Positions 14,437 through 30,301 of a stretch of DNA of 64,000 bases are shown piece after piece. Numbering within the stretch: the first letter of the stretch is position 1; every line of letters starts with the position of its first letter. The position numbers and the translations under genes are program-made. The stretch is from Octopus vulgaris (taxonomy: Eukaryota): positions 77,686,001-77,750,000 of the forward strand of contig OX597825.1 of NCBI GenBank assembly GCA_951406725.2, in the 5' to 3' direction. Below the pieces are notes generated by a model. The model ran no database searches. It saw only the letters and a program-made list of their open reading frames with translations, and was not told the origin of the DNA.

Positions 14437-14850
14437 TCTCAGCGAAAGAGTTTGACAAGCTCAGAAAATATAAAGACCTACTCATTGAAATTGAGAAAAT
14501 GTGGCATCTCAAGGCGGTTACAATACAAGTGATCGTAGGCGCACTAGGAATGATCAAGAAGGGAACTGAAAATTATATGAGAATGATCCCTGGCTTACCA
14601 TCCCTGCAAGAAGTGCAAAAGATTGTCTTAACTGGTACATCACACGTATTGAGAAGAGCATTGTCGATGTGAGAACTGTTGCTGCTCATGTATTTTAATT
14701 TAACTTAAAAAAAAAAAATTTTTTTAAATGAACGAACTATTGAGTTTGGTTTAATGGCCTACCAATGTATACTATGAGTTTCTTTGCCCTAGGAGTCGGG
14801 AAGACACCCGGCAAGAAATGGAAGCAAATTTGAAAGAAGAAAAAAAAAAG
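14436..14850 (+). mobile_element. 5'-truncated R4/Dong-type non-LTR retrotransposon 3' end (RLE endonuclease C-terminus, stop at 14672, 3' UTR)
   Basis: ISAKEFDKLRKYKDL..EIEKMW....IQVIVGALG....LQEVQKIVLTGTSHVLRRAL has the KxxKY motif of restriction-like endonucleases; (AAT)n on both flanks. Confidence 0.85.
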
Positions 14851-14904
14851 TAACAATAACAATAATAATAATAATGATAATAATAATAGTAATAATAATA
14901 ATAG

Positions 14905-15122
14905 TAATGATTTCAATTTTTTTCCACAAGGGCAGCTTGGGGGAGCGGATTCAGTCGATTACATTAACCCCAATGCGTAACTGGTACCTATTTAATCGAC
15001 CCCGAAAGGACGAAAGGCAAAAATCCACCTCGGTGGAATTTGAACTCAGAACGTAGCGGCGAACGAAATACTGCTTACTAAGTATTTCTAAGTATGATAA
15101 CAATTCTGCCAGCTCGCTGACT
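14905..15122 (-). mobile_element. SINE family C
   Basis: agtcgattacattaaccccaatgcgtaactggtac...atcgaccccgaaagga...ggaatttgaactcagaacgt...aattctgccagctcgc. Confidence 0.85.
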
Positions 15123-15126
15123 TAAC

Positions 15127-15165
<39 letters not shown>

Positions 15166-15168
15166 TAA

Positions 15169-15226
<58 letters not shown>

Positions 15227-15654
15227 TTTTAATATAGACAATATCACTGCTAGACAATGTGCTGTCCAATTTATGTTCCGTGGTTCTCCCTTTTAAAGTA
15301 CGAAATATCTCTTTATAATTTGCATGATGATAATATCCCAGTCGAATGTTCATGTCCAGCATTTATCGGGAAATCTCTGCATTCATTTCCAGAAATCTTT
15401 CCCTCATTCAATTGTCTTTAACTGAAGAGGAGATAAGATTTAAAGAATTAGTGGATGGAATTAAGATTGGCAAAACTGAATTACAATAATTTGCATATAT
15501 TATTTCAGAAGCCATCTGCATATATATATACATATTTCTCTCCCTCTCTATTTCCCACTTATGTCTCTTTCTCTCCCCCCTCTCTCTCTCTCTCGTTCTC
15601 CATGTATGTATACATATGTATATACCATGTAATATATATTTATACAATATAGTA

Positions 15655-15709
<55 letters not shown>

Positions 15710-15999
15710 CAACATGGCATTACGTCGTTTTGCGCATAATTAATACTGAGTAGAATATGTTGTGGGTTCAGGTGTATGTGTGTGTGTATGTATGTGTACG
15801 CGAGCGTTCATACTTGAAAAAAAGAAGAAAGACAGGGACAGAGTGTGGGAGAGGGAGAGAGTGAGGGAGAGGGAGAGAGTGAGGGTGAGGGAGGGAGTGT
15901 TTGTATTGAATCAGGATGGTATGGGGTGGCGTTGTCAAAAAATTTGCCTTTATAATTTTTGTGTACGGCGAGTCAGTTTGTGTGTCGCTACACATAAGG

Positions 16000-16031
<32 letters not shown>

Positions 16032-16062
16032 CGTCGTATATGAATATAAATACATCCATACA

Positions 16063-16138
<76 letters not shown>

Positions 16139-16503
16139 TGTTTGTATATGTATATGTGTGTGTGCACATGTATGTATATTTCTGTATATGTATATATACC
16201 TAATTATGTTCATACATATATATATATGCTAACACACACACACACACACACACACACATATCTGTTTGTATGTATATGTGTGTGTGCACATATATATATA
16301 TATATATTTATGCATATGTATACACAACCAATTAAATTCATACATATATGTTAACATATATATATCCAAAACCAATTATTCTGGATGAAAACTTCGACAA
16401 GCACAATATACATACGTATACATATATGCATATACGCACATATTTATGTCCGTATATACAAATATATATATACACGTGTGTATGGTGTATGTATATATAT
16501 ATT

Positions 16504-16553
<50 letters not shown>

Positions 16554-17149
16554 ATTGTATATCGTTCAGACAAAAGACCGTTCGTAATATTCATAATATC
16601 GTGTTCCAGTGAAACGTTCAGCATTTTTGGATAATATTTATTCCAAGATTTACTTCAGTCCGTTTCAATCCGTTAGATTATCCTAAACCTTTTGCATATG
16701 CATTCAACAATCATCTCAAAACTGATTTCTTTTAACCGTTTAAAACAGTTTCTTAAGATATTTTCTATCGATAAATTCTTTATAAAGGAGAAATATTTAA
16801 ACAGAAGGATTATATACGTTTAAACAAGAAGATTAGATGCTCTTTATTAATGTTTTCTTCCAACAAAGACTTGCTGTAAATTCGGTGGGGATTTTTAAAA
16901 AAAAAACAACTGGTTTTTTTTTTTCACTTTTAGCAAATTTTCTTTCATTCTTCTTCTGTTTTATGTTTTGTCTCTTATTGTTTTATTTTATATTTTGTTT
17001 TATCTTATTTTAATTTCGTTTAGTTTTAATTTTTACTTTTTATTCCGTTCTTTATTTTTGTCGGTTCCATAGTGTAGTGTCTTTTGTTTTTCTTTTTCTT
17101 TTTACTTCGGTGTGTTTTGGTAGTTTTGGTTAAGAATAGCTCGTTTCGA

Positions 17150-17185
<36 letters not shown>

Positions 17186-17188
17186 ATG

Positions 17189-17244
<56 letters not shown>

Positions 17245-17269
17245 CGTGTGTCTGTAAGCGTGTAAGTAT

Positions 17270-17314
<45 letters not shown>

Positions 17315-19009
17315 TATATACAACACATATACATATAAATATAGGTATATATGTATATATAGCTATATATTTGTGTGTGTGTGTGTGTGTGTATACATAT
17401 ATACATGTGTGTGTGAGTGTGAGTGTGGGTGGGTGTGTATATGTCTACATGTATGTTTTATTTCGGTTTTAATCTGTCATTTGAAATTATTTCATGTCCG
17501 AAGAAGAAATTAAGAAAAAAATAAATAAATAAATAACGGATAGGAAAACATAACAAAATGAAAAAAAAAAGCAAGCCAAAGCGTGTTTATTAATCCGTTC
17601 ACAGACAATAAGAACTTCAACAAACATTAGAGCCATGACAAACAACCATTGTTCAGAAGGAAGATTGCTAGGAAAACACACACACACACAATCAAACATG
17701 AAGACAAATAGAAGAAGAATTACAGAAAAGAGCGATAAACGAAAAGAAGAGCAAAGAAAAGAAACCCAAGAAGAAGAGCGACAGAACAGCATCGTTGTAC
17801 TCTCCTTCACTTTCTCCGTCCTTTTCTTGTTATTGTGCTTTTTTTTTTCTTATCGTTCTTCAAAGACTACGTTTATAAGTAGAGTCGTGATGTGATGAGG
17901 TATAAAGTACTTGTAATTTGCAGTTGTAAAGTTGTTCTGTTCTCGATGGTTGTAGCATGTTTTATACTTATACAACATCCATTCAATAACGCTGTTATTG
18001 ATTAGTAAAGATAAAAAAAATCGATCAGTACATGTGCAATAAAGTCGATTCCAGGATCCAATATGTTGTGTGTGTCTTTGTCTGTATGCCTGCCTGTCTT
18101 TGCGTCTGTTTGTTTGTATGAGTGGATGTGTGGAATGTATAGACAGGACCGTCACAGCAATACACGATATTACTACACCAAGGCTTTTGAATGGACTGCA
18201 TGTCTCGAATCACTTGTTTTTATCCCGTGCTTTCTCTAAATGCAAAGACACTGGTATAACCAGCCGCGTGGATCAGAGCATTGACGCACTTTCGTGGTTT
18301 TTTGCAAGATTCGATTCCATTATACCAAGTAACCTATATCATACTGCCTTGTTTAATAACACCCTGTATTGAAATTAGGCGAACAGAAACAGTGAACGAA
18401 ACGTAAAACACCGAGTTAATTTCTGTTGGCCGGCATATGAAAAAATCTCTGAATAACTCGGTCAACACCTATAACATAAAATGAAAACAACACATATCTT
18501 TTTCTCTTTTTTAAATTTCAAGCAATATTTCGCACTGAAACTTTTTATAACATCCGAGGAGTTTCTTCTATAAAGTCGACTCCTGAATTTATTCCCGATA
18601 ACTGAATAGATAAATGCTATTTGAATAAACTAGACTATTTCTACAGCCTAAAAACAGATCGTTTTCAACATGCAATAATATATTTTCCTTCCCTTTGCTA
18701 AATCACCCAAAGGCAGTTACAAAAACGTATAACCATATCCGTACACACCTTGCAACAAACACACATACACAAGCATTAAACTCTCAGAAACTCACGCGTA
18801 AAAGCTTTTTGCATATTAAATAAGTCAACACTGACAAATAAACAAAAACAGAAACAAATAAAACGTGTTGCATTTTATTCCAAGGAAGAACATATCACAA
18901 TAGAAATATGTATCTCAGATCTCATCACTTACGGTGAAACTATAAGTTGTAATATAAGGACGAAATATCCATTGAGTATCGAACAACTGTCAAGTACTTC
19001 CCACATGAA

Positions 19010-19470
19010 TATTGGTTTCAGATTTTGGCAGACATTTCGGGAAAGGAGGCAAATGGATAACATCAACCTCAGTGAATCGACTAGTGTTTATTTTATCGAC
19101 CCCGAAGAGATGAAAGCAAAGTCAAGCCCGGTGATATTTGAACTCAGAATGAAAAGTGAGAAGAAATGTCGCAAAGCATTATTCCCAATTTGTTACACCG
19201 CATCAAGTACTTCACTAGTACTTACTTTATCGACTCGAAAGGATAAAAGGAAAAGTCAACCCGGGTGGAATCTGAACTCAAAACTTTGAAGGTGGACGAA
19301 ATGCCGTTAAGCAATTTGCTCGGCGTCCTAGTGATTCTGCCAGATAGCCGCCTTACTCTACAAATGAATATTGGTTTCAAATTTTGGCTCAAGTCCGGCA
19401 AGGTCGGGTGAGGGTGTAAGTCCATTTTACCGATTCCAATGTTCAGCTAGTACTTATTCAATAGACCCAG
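19010..19470 (-). mobile_element. Tandem cluster of SINE family C fragments
   Basis: Repeated attggtttcaaattttggc, ttttatcgac(c/t)cgaa and tgaactca motifs. Confidence 0.75.
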
Positions 19471-19625
19471 TAAGGATGACTATATATATATGTATACACA
19501 TACGCATAGATATAGATATATAGATATCTATATATATGTACACACAAATACGCAATATATATATATATTATATTAAATTAGAGATAAAACCACTATTAGG
19601 CAAATCAAACAATGAAAAACATAAG

Positions 19626-19690
<65 letters not shown>

Positions 19691-20048
19691 TGACCTTTTC
19701 TGAGAAGTTTTTTCCAAGTGTGTGAGCCCTTTTGTTAAACCTATATATATGTGTGTGTGTGTTGTGTGTGTGTGTGTGTGTGTGTATGTGTGTGTGTGTG
19801 TAAACGACATGAAATACGCAATCAACAAGAGAAACAAATGGAAAACAGGACAAGTAACATAAAGAATGACCCTTCATCTGCTTCCTCTTATAGCCATTCT
19901 ACATCCCGCGGACTTAGTCCACGTTAAAGATTTCGGGGTGTAAGTTCAAATCATTTGAATGGTCAGCCTCTCTGGATCTCATCTGTTACCCCACTTCTCT
20001 CTCTTTCTCTCTCTCTCTCTCCTTCCCTCTCTCCCTCCATATGTGTGA

Positions 20049-20153
<105 letters not shown>

Positions 20154-20628
20154 AGTCTGCAGCATATATAATCACAGAAAAGGTAATTTGTATTTGTATT
20201 TTAGGCTTTATATATCGTACAAAACGTTCGCCAAGTGGACTGTTCTTATTACAAAATAATGAAAACACAATTGTTGAAATCCTCCATTTTCTCTGTTTAT
20301 TATCAGAATTCCCTGGTTCACATACTTCAGAGTAGCTTAGTAGGAAATATGAGAATTAGGTCATACCGCGCCGAGTTTGCGAATTGAATGTGAAACTATC
20401 CACTGATTCCAATCATTATGGTAACATGCATATAATCTACGTTTACTTGTGTGTATGTATAGGCATAGAAGAAGAAAACGATCAAGAGAAAGCGACAGGA
20501 AGAGTAGAGTGAAATTGCCGTGGTGAGTGGAGTATACAACGATTCGCTGTACTCTTTTTGTCACTTTCTCCAAATAACACAGCCGTTTCCGACGCCGAGC
20601 AACAACAGTTTTCTTGGATTCTGCTTCA

Positions 20629-20679
<51 letters not shown>

Positions 20680-20760
20680 GTCAATAAAAAAGGGTAGAAT
20701 TAATTAATTATTAATTAATTCGACCGAGCAGTGTTCGGTATGTAAAATGACCATTTACGG

Positions 20761-21061
20761 TATATTTGAAATATTACTTTATAAAAATAGGGTAAAGTAA
20801 AATAATTTACTTTACCACACATCGAGCTTTTTAGAAATAGCAGCCAAAAATTTGGCTATTTTTTCTACTGCAAGAAAAAGTCTCCCAGACAATGCATACT
20901 CAGAAATAACTCACATAGGTATAAGGGAAAAACAACGAAAGATCACATCAATATGAGATACCCGAGGACAAGCCTTGGCTGCTATTTCTAAAAAGCTCGG
21001 TGTGTGGTAAAGTAAATTATTTTACTTTACCCTATTTTTATAAAGTAATATTTCAAATATA
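20761..21061. mobile_element. Inverted-repeat element: 87-bp arms (20761-20847 / 20975-21061, one mismatch) around a 127-bp spacer; MITE-like or an inverted PLE end
   Basis: tatatttgaaatattac...aaatagcagccaa versus ttggctgctattt...gtaatatttcaaatata. Confidence 0.8.
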
Positions 21062-21104
21062 TATTTATATACACAGTTATACACAGACACATATATACAT
21101 ATAT

Positions 21105-21446
21105 ACGAGGGGTTTCAGTCGATCCGATCGTGAGATTAACGTCCATGTGGCTGAGCACTCCACAGACACGTGTACCCTTAATATAGTTCTCAGGTAGATT
21201 CAGCGTGACACAGAGTGGGACAAGGCTAGCCCTTTGAAATACAGGTACAACAGAAACAGAAAGAAAGAGCGACAGAAAGTTGTGGTGAAAGAGTACAGCA
21301 GGGTTCGCCAACCTCACCCTACCGGACCCTCGTAGAGCTTCAGGTGTTTTCGCTTAATAAACACTTACAATGCGCGGTCTGGGAATTGAAACCGCGATCC
21401 TAAGACCGCTAGTCCACTACCCTAACCACTGAGCCATTGCGCCTCC
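21105..21446 (-). mobile_element. tRNA-derived SINE family B, tail type B1
   Basis: Minus strand starts GGAGGCGCAATGGCTCAGTGGTTAGG (A box) ... GGTTTCAATTCC (B box); colinear with 36317-36705. Confidence 0.9.
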
Positions 21447-21844
21447 AAATACACATATAGATATACATATATATATATATATAGAAAGAGAGTGAGAGAA
21501 AGAGAGTGAGTGAGAGAGATAGTGAGTGAGTGAGTAAAGAAGGGAGTGAGTGAGGGAGTGAGTGAGAAAGTGAGTGAGTGTGTGAGAGAGTGAGAGACGG
21601 TGTGAGAGGGCGGTACACAAATAGATATGTGTATAAATATATATATATCTATAGGTGTATTTATAAACACATGTATATATGTATGCATATATATGTATAT
21701 ATATACGTGCGTATACAAGAGAGAAAGAGTGTATTGATCCTACTTTAGACGTATCGGTTGTTTCTTTCTTCATAATTTATGGTTAATTGGTGATTCATTA
21801 ACCTTAATTTGCTAACTCAACAAAATTTATGATACTACTGTACA

Positions 21845-23740
<1,896 letters not shown>

Positions 23741-24454
23741 TTGTGTGTACGCGTGTGTATGTGTGTGTGAGAGTTTGAGAGTGTTTGTGTGTGTATGTGC
23801 GTCTATATGTGTGTGCGTGTATGAGTGTGTGTGTTTCTACGCAGAAAATACATTTATATCCCAATCCCATATTTACACGAGAAATAAAAAAAGGAGGAAG
23901 CAAAAAAAAAATAAAAAATAAAAGACGAAAATCCATTTTGTCAGTTTCCAGAGATTTCGCAGTCGTTGACAAATCCGAAGTCCGATAGTAATGTCATTCA
24001 TAAAACACAGATAGTAAAGATAACAGTTTTGACGGATCGCTTCCATATAGGATCACTATCAACGGACCAGAACAGAACAATAGAGACGCGAGAGATATGT
24101 GTGTGAGATAAGGCTTGGCGGATGGTTGTATAAACCAGCGTATCGAAAAGCTAATTAAGCGACGAGAACAACAAAGATTTGTATCTGCAGCGTTTATTTG
24201 ACTATAGCCTGTTAAACTCAATTAGGCGGATAGCTTAATGTCTAGGGAGGAATAATGTAAAGGAATGCCGGATTTAATCTAACCGCCGTAATTTAATTAT
24301 TTGGATAACAACAGACACGTTGCAGCGCATGCGTCTATGTACGCGCGCCTGTATATATATATATACACACACATGCACACACAGAAATATATGTGTTTGC
24401 GTGCGTATGTGTACAAATAAGCAAATATATTGATAATCCATAAATATATTTATA

Positions 24455-24532
24455 TTTTATGTTTTATCTAGTTTCAGCTCACGAGCTGTGGCCTTGCTGG
24501 GGCACCGCCATTTTGCTGGGGCACCGCCATTT
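24455..24532 (-). mobile_element. Isolated retroposon tail (same type as the tail on tRNA-Gln) with a ~20-nt tandem duplication
   Basis: ttttatctagtttcagctcacgagctgtggccttgctggggcaccgcca matches 49443-49490. Confidence 0.75.
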
Positions 24533-24552
24533 CATATTTTTTTCATTTTTTT

Positions 24553-25056
<504 letters not shown>

Positions 25057-25139
25057 AACTTGCTGACCAACCATTTAAATATCAATATTATCAAGTGGCC
25101 AACATGGGAAAAATACCATAGAGGTAATAATTTTTTAGT

Positions 25140-25180
<41 letters not shown>

Positions 25181-25389
25181 ATAGAGTGTGATCTTGTGCG
25201 TGTGTATTTGTGTGTATAAATGCATGTGAGTATGTGTGAATGAGTGCGTTCGTGTGTGTGTGTGTGTGTCTGCAGTGTGTCGACAGAATCTGAGAAAATT
25301 GAGTATGCAAGTATACAGTTCGCCAGACTTTTATTTGAACTCCGTGGTTCTTAACTCTGAAACAATATGTATATATATATATATATATA

Positions 25390-25719
25390 CGGAGATGTAC
25401 TCGCATAGCAAGTAATTTGATCTGAGATCGTGTGCTGAAACGAAAACAATTGCAGCGTGGAAGGTGTTTATAAGCCATTTAAGAAACACACAAAAGCCGT
25501 TCGATTCACTCCAACATTTAAGTTTAATTTGTCGAAATATTTTCGTCGCTAAAATCCGCGACCTGTTCACTGACAAAAATGCAGCACGGATTTTTGTCAG
25601 TGAACAGGTCGCAGATTTTAGCGACGAAAATATTTTGACAAATTAAACTTAAATGTTGGAGTGAATCGAACGGCTTTTGTGTGTTTCTTAAATGGCTTAT
25701 AAACACCTTCCACGCTGCA

Positions 25720-25724
<5 letters not shown>
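25390..25724. mobile_element. Fold-back element: 135-bp arms (25446-25580 / 25590-25724, two mismatches), 9-nt loop, one-sided extension 25390-25445, in (TA)n
   Basis: Direct reverse-complement comparison; ORFs 25464+ and 25524- are near-identical for this reason. Confidence 0.9.
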
Positions 25725-25765
<41 letters not shown>

Positions 25766-25767
25766 TG

Positions 25768-26013
25768 GTTGAAGGGCGTATGTGTGTGTGTTTGTGAACG
25801 TTTGCGTATATGTATGTATATTTATATATATCGATCAGTATATTGGATATACGTTATCCCATAGAGGGTTGCATTTACAACCCCTATCTCAATTTGTATT
25901 TACACATATATATATTTAAGTAGGCATACAAGAGTATATACATCGATATATATATATAAATATACATACATATACGCAAACGTTCACAGACACACATACA
26001 TACGCCCTTCAAC
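25768..26013. repeat. Inverted repeat with ~70-bp arms (25768-25835 / 25942-26013)
   Basis: gttgaagggcgtatg...gtgaacgtttgcgtatatg...atcgat versus atcgat...catatacgcaaacgttcac...catacgcccttcaac. Confidence 0.85.
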
Positions 26014-26041
26014 AATCTATATATATATATATATATATAGG

Positions 26042-26106
<65 letters not shown>

Positions 26107-26249
26107 GTGTGTTTGTGTGTGTTTATATATATATATATTGTCAAAATGTTGTGGACGCCTCTGGTTCGAAAAACGATCAATGTTGTTCATCATTTTTTAA
26201 CGGCGTTGCAACAGCATGGCCGCAGCTCTGAGCTGAATCTACCGATATA

Positions 26250-26420
26250 TTCTCAGGCGCTCAGGGAAGGAAAGAAAGGTGGCTTTGCGTTGCGATCAAA
26301 GCTCTTCTTCAGCAACAGGAGACAGAGGAAAGTCCAAGAGTAAAGGGAGATGGAGGGAATAAAATCGACAACGTTTCGCATGTGGTTAAGGTAGGGGATT
26401 TCAAGACAAGTTAAAGGAGA
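26250..26420 (-). mobile_element. Penelope-like 3'/pLTR remnant with a decayed hammerhead motif
   Basis: Minus strand CTGAAGA-A-GAGC-TTT-GATC-GCAA-CG after a pyrimidine-rich tract. Confidence 0.45.
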
Positions 26421-26502
26421 AGAGTCACAGACAAATTAAAATGATTCACAATGAAGAGGAAATGGCGTATTCCGAATGAACAGATTCTGTCAGCTAAACA
26501 AG

Positions 26503-26972
26503 ATGATGTTGATGATGATCATGATGTTCATGATGATGATGATCATCATCATCATCATGATCATCATGATGGTGGTGGTAGTGAGATGATGATGATGATG
26601 AGGAGGAGGAGGAGAAGGAGCGGAGGAGAAGGAGCGGAGGAGAAGGAGCGGAGGAGATGGAGCGGAGGAGATGGAGCGGAGGAGAAGGAGCGGAGGTGAA
26701 GGAGGGGGAGGAGGAGGAGGAGGAGGAGGAGGAGAGGAAGGGGAGGAGGGGAGTCGGAGTCGGAGGAGGGGAGGCGCAGGAGGAAGGGGAGGAGGAGATT
26801 GAGCATGTTGATGATGATGATGATGGTGATGATCATGATATAGATGATATAGATGATGGCGATTATGATGACCAATGATGGTGACGATGACATCGACGAT
26901 GATGATGATAGTTGTGGTGGTGGTGGTGGTGATGGTGGTGGTGGTGGTGATAGTGGCGGCGGCGGTGGTGGC
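26503..26972. repeat. (GAT)n/(GGA)n/(GGT)n tract including a 14-bp GGAGAAGGAGCGGA minisatellite (26610-26700)
   Basis: Tandem units visible. Confidence 0.88.
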
Positions 26973-27744
26973 GATTCAAGGCCAACGCCAACGGCTTCGA
27001 GGGAAAGTTCACAGTCAGCACAGCCGACCTTAGTGCTTGTCTGTCACTTTATTTAAACTGGCCCCTCAAAGGACGAAATGCAGCGATGACCACAATAGGA
27101 TTTGAAACCTGGTCATAAAAATCCGGTTGTTTTGTTTTGTTTTGTTTTTCTCTTTATTTTTTTTTCTTCCTTTATAAATGTCAAAAGTGGGATGGATTGA
27201 GTATGTTACAAATAAGACAACAACAACAACAACAACAATAAAAGCTTCATCAACAAGAACATAATCGCCAATCTACCCGCTTCGGAATTCATCATTTAGA
27301 AATGAAGACAATGTGATGAGATATTTACAAGAGCGGAAATGTGTTTAAACTTTTGAACAGATCTTCGGTCGTGGCCCACAGCTTTCTGCTTATGATCGAT
27401 AACAGCAGCAGCATTCATTGCAATTATTTCACACTCACACACACATATATAGAACACACACTCACACACACATACACACACACACACGCTCATACACACA
27501 CGCACTGTCTCTTTTTCTCCTGGTCTCTCCCTTTCTCTCCCTCTCTCTCTCTCTCTCACTTTTCTCCCAGACTGGTTTTGTTGTCATACATACACATAAG
27601 CATTTACCAAACATGGCAATCACTCACACGCACTCGCATACACACACCTGCCTCCGAGTTACTCTATATATACTGTGTATATAGGTACACGCACCCACAC
27701 ACACACACTCACATGCACTCACACACATACGTACATATATACAT

Positions 27745-28490
27745 TTGTGTGCATATGTGCATGTGTATGGGCATGTGTGTGTATGTGTGTGTATGTAGGT
27801 ATATGTATATGTGTGTGTATGTGTGTATGTGTGTATGTTTGTGCGTATGTGTATGTGTGTGTATATGTGTGTATGTAGGTGTGTTTATGTGTGTGTACGT
27901 CTGTGAGTGTGTGCACGTATGTGTGTTTATATGTATGTGTGTATGTGTATATGTACGTGAATGTATGTGTATGTGTGCATGTATGTGTGTGTGCATGTGT
28001 GTGTGTATATGTGTGTGTGTATGTGTGTGTGTATTTGTATGTGTGCATGTATGTGTGTGTATGTGTGTGTATGTATGTGTGTATGTGTGTATGTGTGTGT
28101 TTATACCTATGTGTGTGTATATGTATGTGAGTGTATGTGTGTATGCGTGTGTATGTATGTGTGTATGTACGTGTGCGTTTGTGTATGTATATGTGTGTGT
28201 GTATGTGTGTTTGTATATGTGTGTGTATGTGTGTGTATGTGTGTATGTATGTGTGTGTATGTATGTGTGTGTATGTGTGTGTACGTATGTGTGTGTATGT
28301 GTGTATGTGTGTCTTTATACCTATGTGTGTGTATATGTATATGAGTCTATGTGTGTGTATGTGTGTGTATGCATGTGTGTATGTACGTGTGTATTTGTGT
28401 ATGTATATGTGTGTGTATGTGTGTGTATGTGTATGCGTGTGTATGTTTGTGTCTGTGTGTGTGTGTGTGTGTATTCATATGTGTGCGTGT
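27745..28490. repeat. Degenerate (GT/GTAT)n tract
   Basis: Source of the spurious 383-aa ORF. Confidence 0.92.
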
Positions 28491-29151
28491 GAATGTGACG
28501 AGCGAAAGTATCGCGCGTATATAATTAAGACTAGAGTTTGTGTGAACGCGGTTTTAATTTAGTTTCCGCAAAGATCTCTTAGCGTTAAAAAATCTATAGA
28601 AAGAAACGAAAATAACATCATTAAATTATATTATTGTTGATAATTTTATTGTTGTTCTTGTCGTTACTACCACTGCTGCTTCTTCTGCTGCTGCCGTTAC
28701 TGTTGTTGTTTTTGTTGTTGCTGTTGTGTTGTTTCTGCTGTTGTTGTTGTAGAGAGAGAATTCATATAAAGTTTTGTAAGATTCCTCGCCCGGGGTAGGT
28801 AAAAAGTTATACGGATGTTGTTTTACACAATTCAAATATTAGCACACGCCCAGGCGAAGAAAGTAACCTCTCGACGTCTATGTGGCTGTAGACGGATGGT
28901 TAAAACGTCTGTGTCGTAATCATGAGATTCCAAGTTCGAATGCCGTATGTGACATTTGAGAAACGTTTCTTTTTCTTTTCTCATTTTTTTTAATATAATT
29001 CTATGTTTACTCATTCCGGATGAATGAAACTAGAAACAGAGAACATACTTGGGGGCTGCTATTCTATTGCTTGGACAAAACCCATAATTCAATGGGGCCA
29101 TGTTTAAAATCTTGTGTCAACTGATTCCGTTTCAGAATTATAAAGAACAGT

Positions 29152-29462
29152 AGTGGCTGTGTGTTAAGTAGCTTGCTTACCAATCACTTGGTTCTGGACA
29201 AGTGTCTTCTACTATAGCCTCGGGCCGACCAAATCCTTGTGAGTGGATTTGATAGACGGAAACTGAAAGAAGCCCGTCATATATGTGTGTGTGTTTGTCC
29301 CCAACCATCGCTCGACAACCGGTGTTGGTGTATTTACGTCCCCGTAACTTAGTGGTTCGACAAAAGCAACCGATAGAATTAGAATAAGTACGAGGCTTAC
29401 AAAGAATAAGTCATGGGGTCGATTTGCTCGACTAAAGGCCGTAGTCGATTAAAATAAAAGAA
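29152..29462 (+). mobile_element. SINE family A with internal deletions
   Basis: agtggctgtgtg...caagtgtcttctactatagcctcgggccgacc...ggggtcgatttgctcgactaaagg. Confidence 0.88.
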
Positions 29463-29692
29463 TAACGCTCATCTTCGGACATCGTTATAACCATTTTCTA
29501 CGACAAGCAAAAGGTACGAAATTTCTAGGGATTCAGTTTCTGGATTGCATCCACCCCAGAACTCAACGGGCGAGAATATAGGATCGCGATGCTGATGGTA
29601 ATAATAGTATATATTCTAGCTGTTTAACTTTGAAACGTCTGGCAACGATCACAGACGCTCTGCCTGTGACCATCCTGCCTCATATATATATA

Positions 29693-29780
<88 letters not shown>

Positions 29781-30260
29781 TATATATATATATATATATA
29801 TGTACATACATATATACATGTATATACACACACACACACACACACATATACATGTACTTCTGTCTTGCTCTTGTCATTACAACGGTTTTTTAGCTGTATT
29901 TCTCCTGTCGGTGATGATGGTTGTGCTGGTGGTGGTGGTGGTGGTGGTGGTGGTGGTGGTGGTGGTGATGGTGGTGGTGGTGCTGGTGGTGGTGATGGTG
30001 ATGATGGCGTCGGTAGCGGTGGTCGTGTTGGTAGTGGTGGTGGTATGTCTATAGGCGCATTCATGATGTTACATATACCATCGAATGTATTCCTTCCACC
30101 ACCACACTTACCTTACGTACATACCCACTCACAATCACACATGTACACATTACACGCACAAGCACACACACACACACATACATACATATATGTAAATATG
30201 ACGTTTCTGCATTTGGTTTGCAAGATTCTCTGTGTGCGCGCGTGTGCGTGTATGTGTATG

Positions 30261-30301
<41 letters not shown>

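Noticed and set aside
18355-18372. acaccctgta Tc1/mariner-like TIR end (also gaccctgta at ~6991)
   Set aside because: No matching partner terminus found
27341-28492. Longest ORF (383 aa, Cys/Val-rich) and the many YI/HT/CV ORFs
   Set aside because: Dinucleotide microsatellites lack stop codons; not coding evidence
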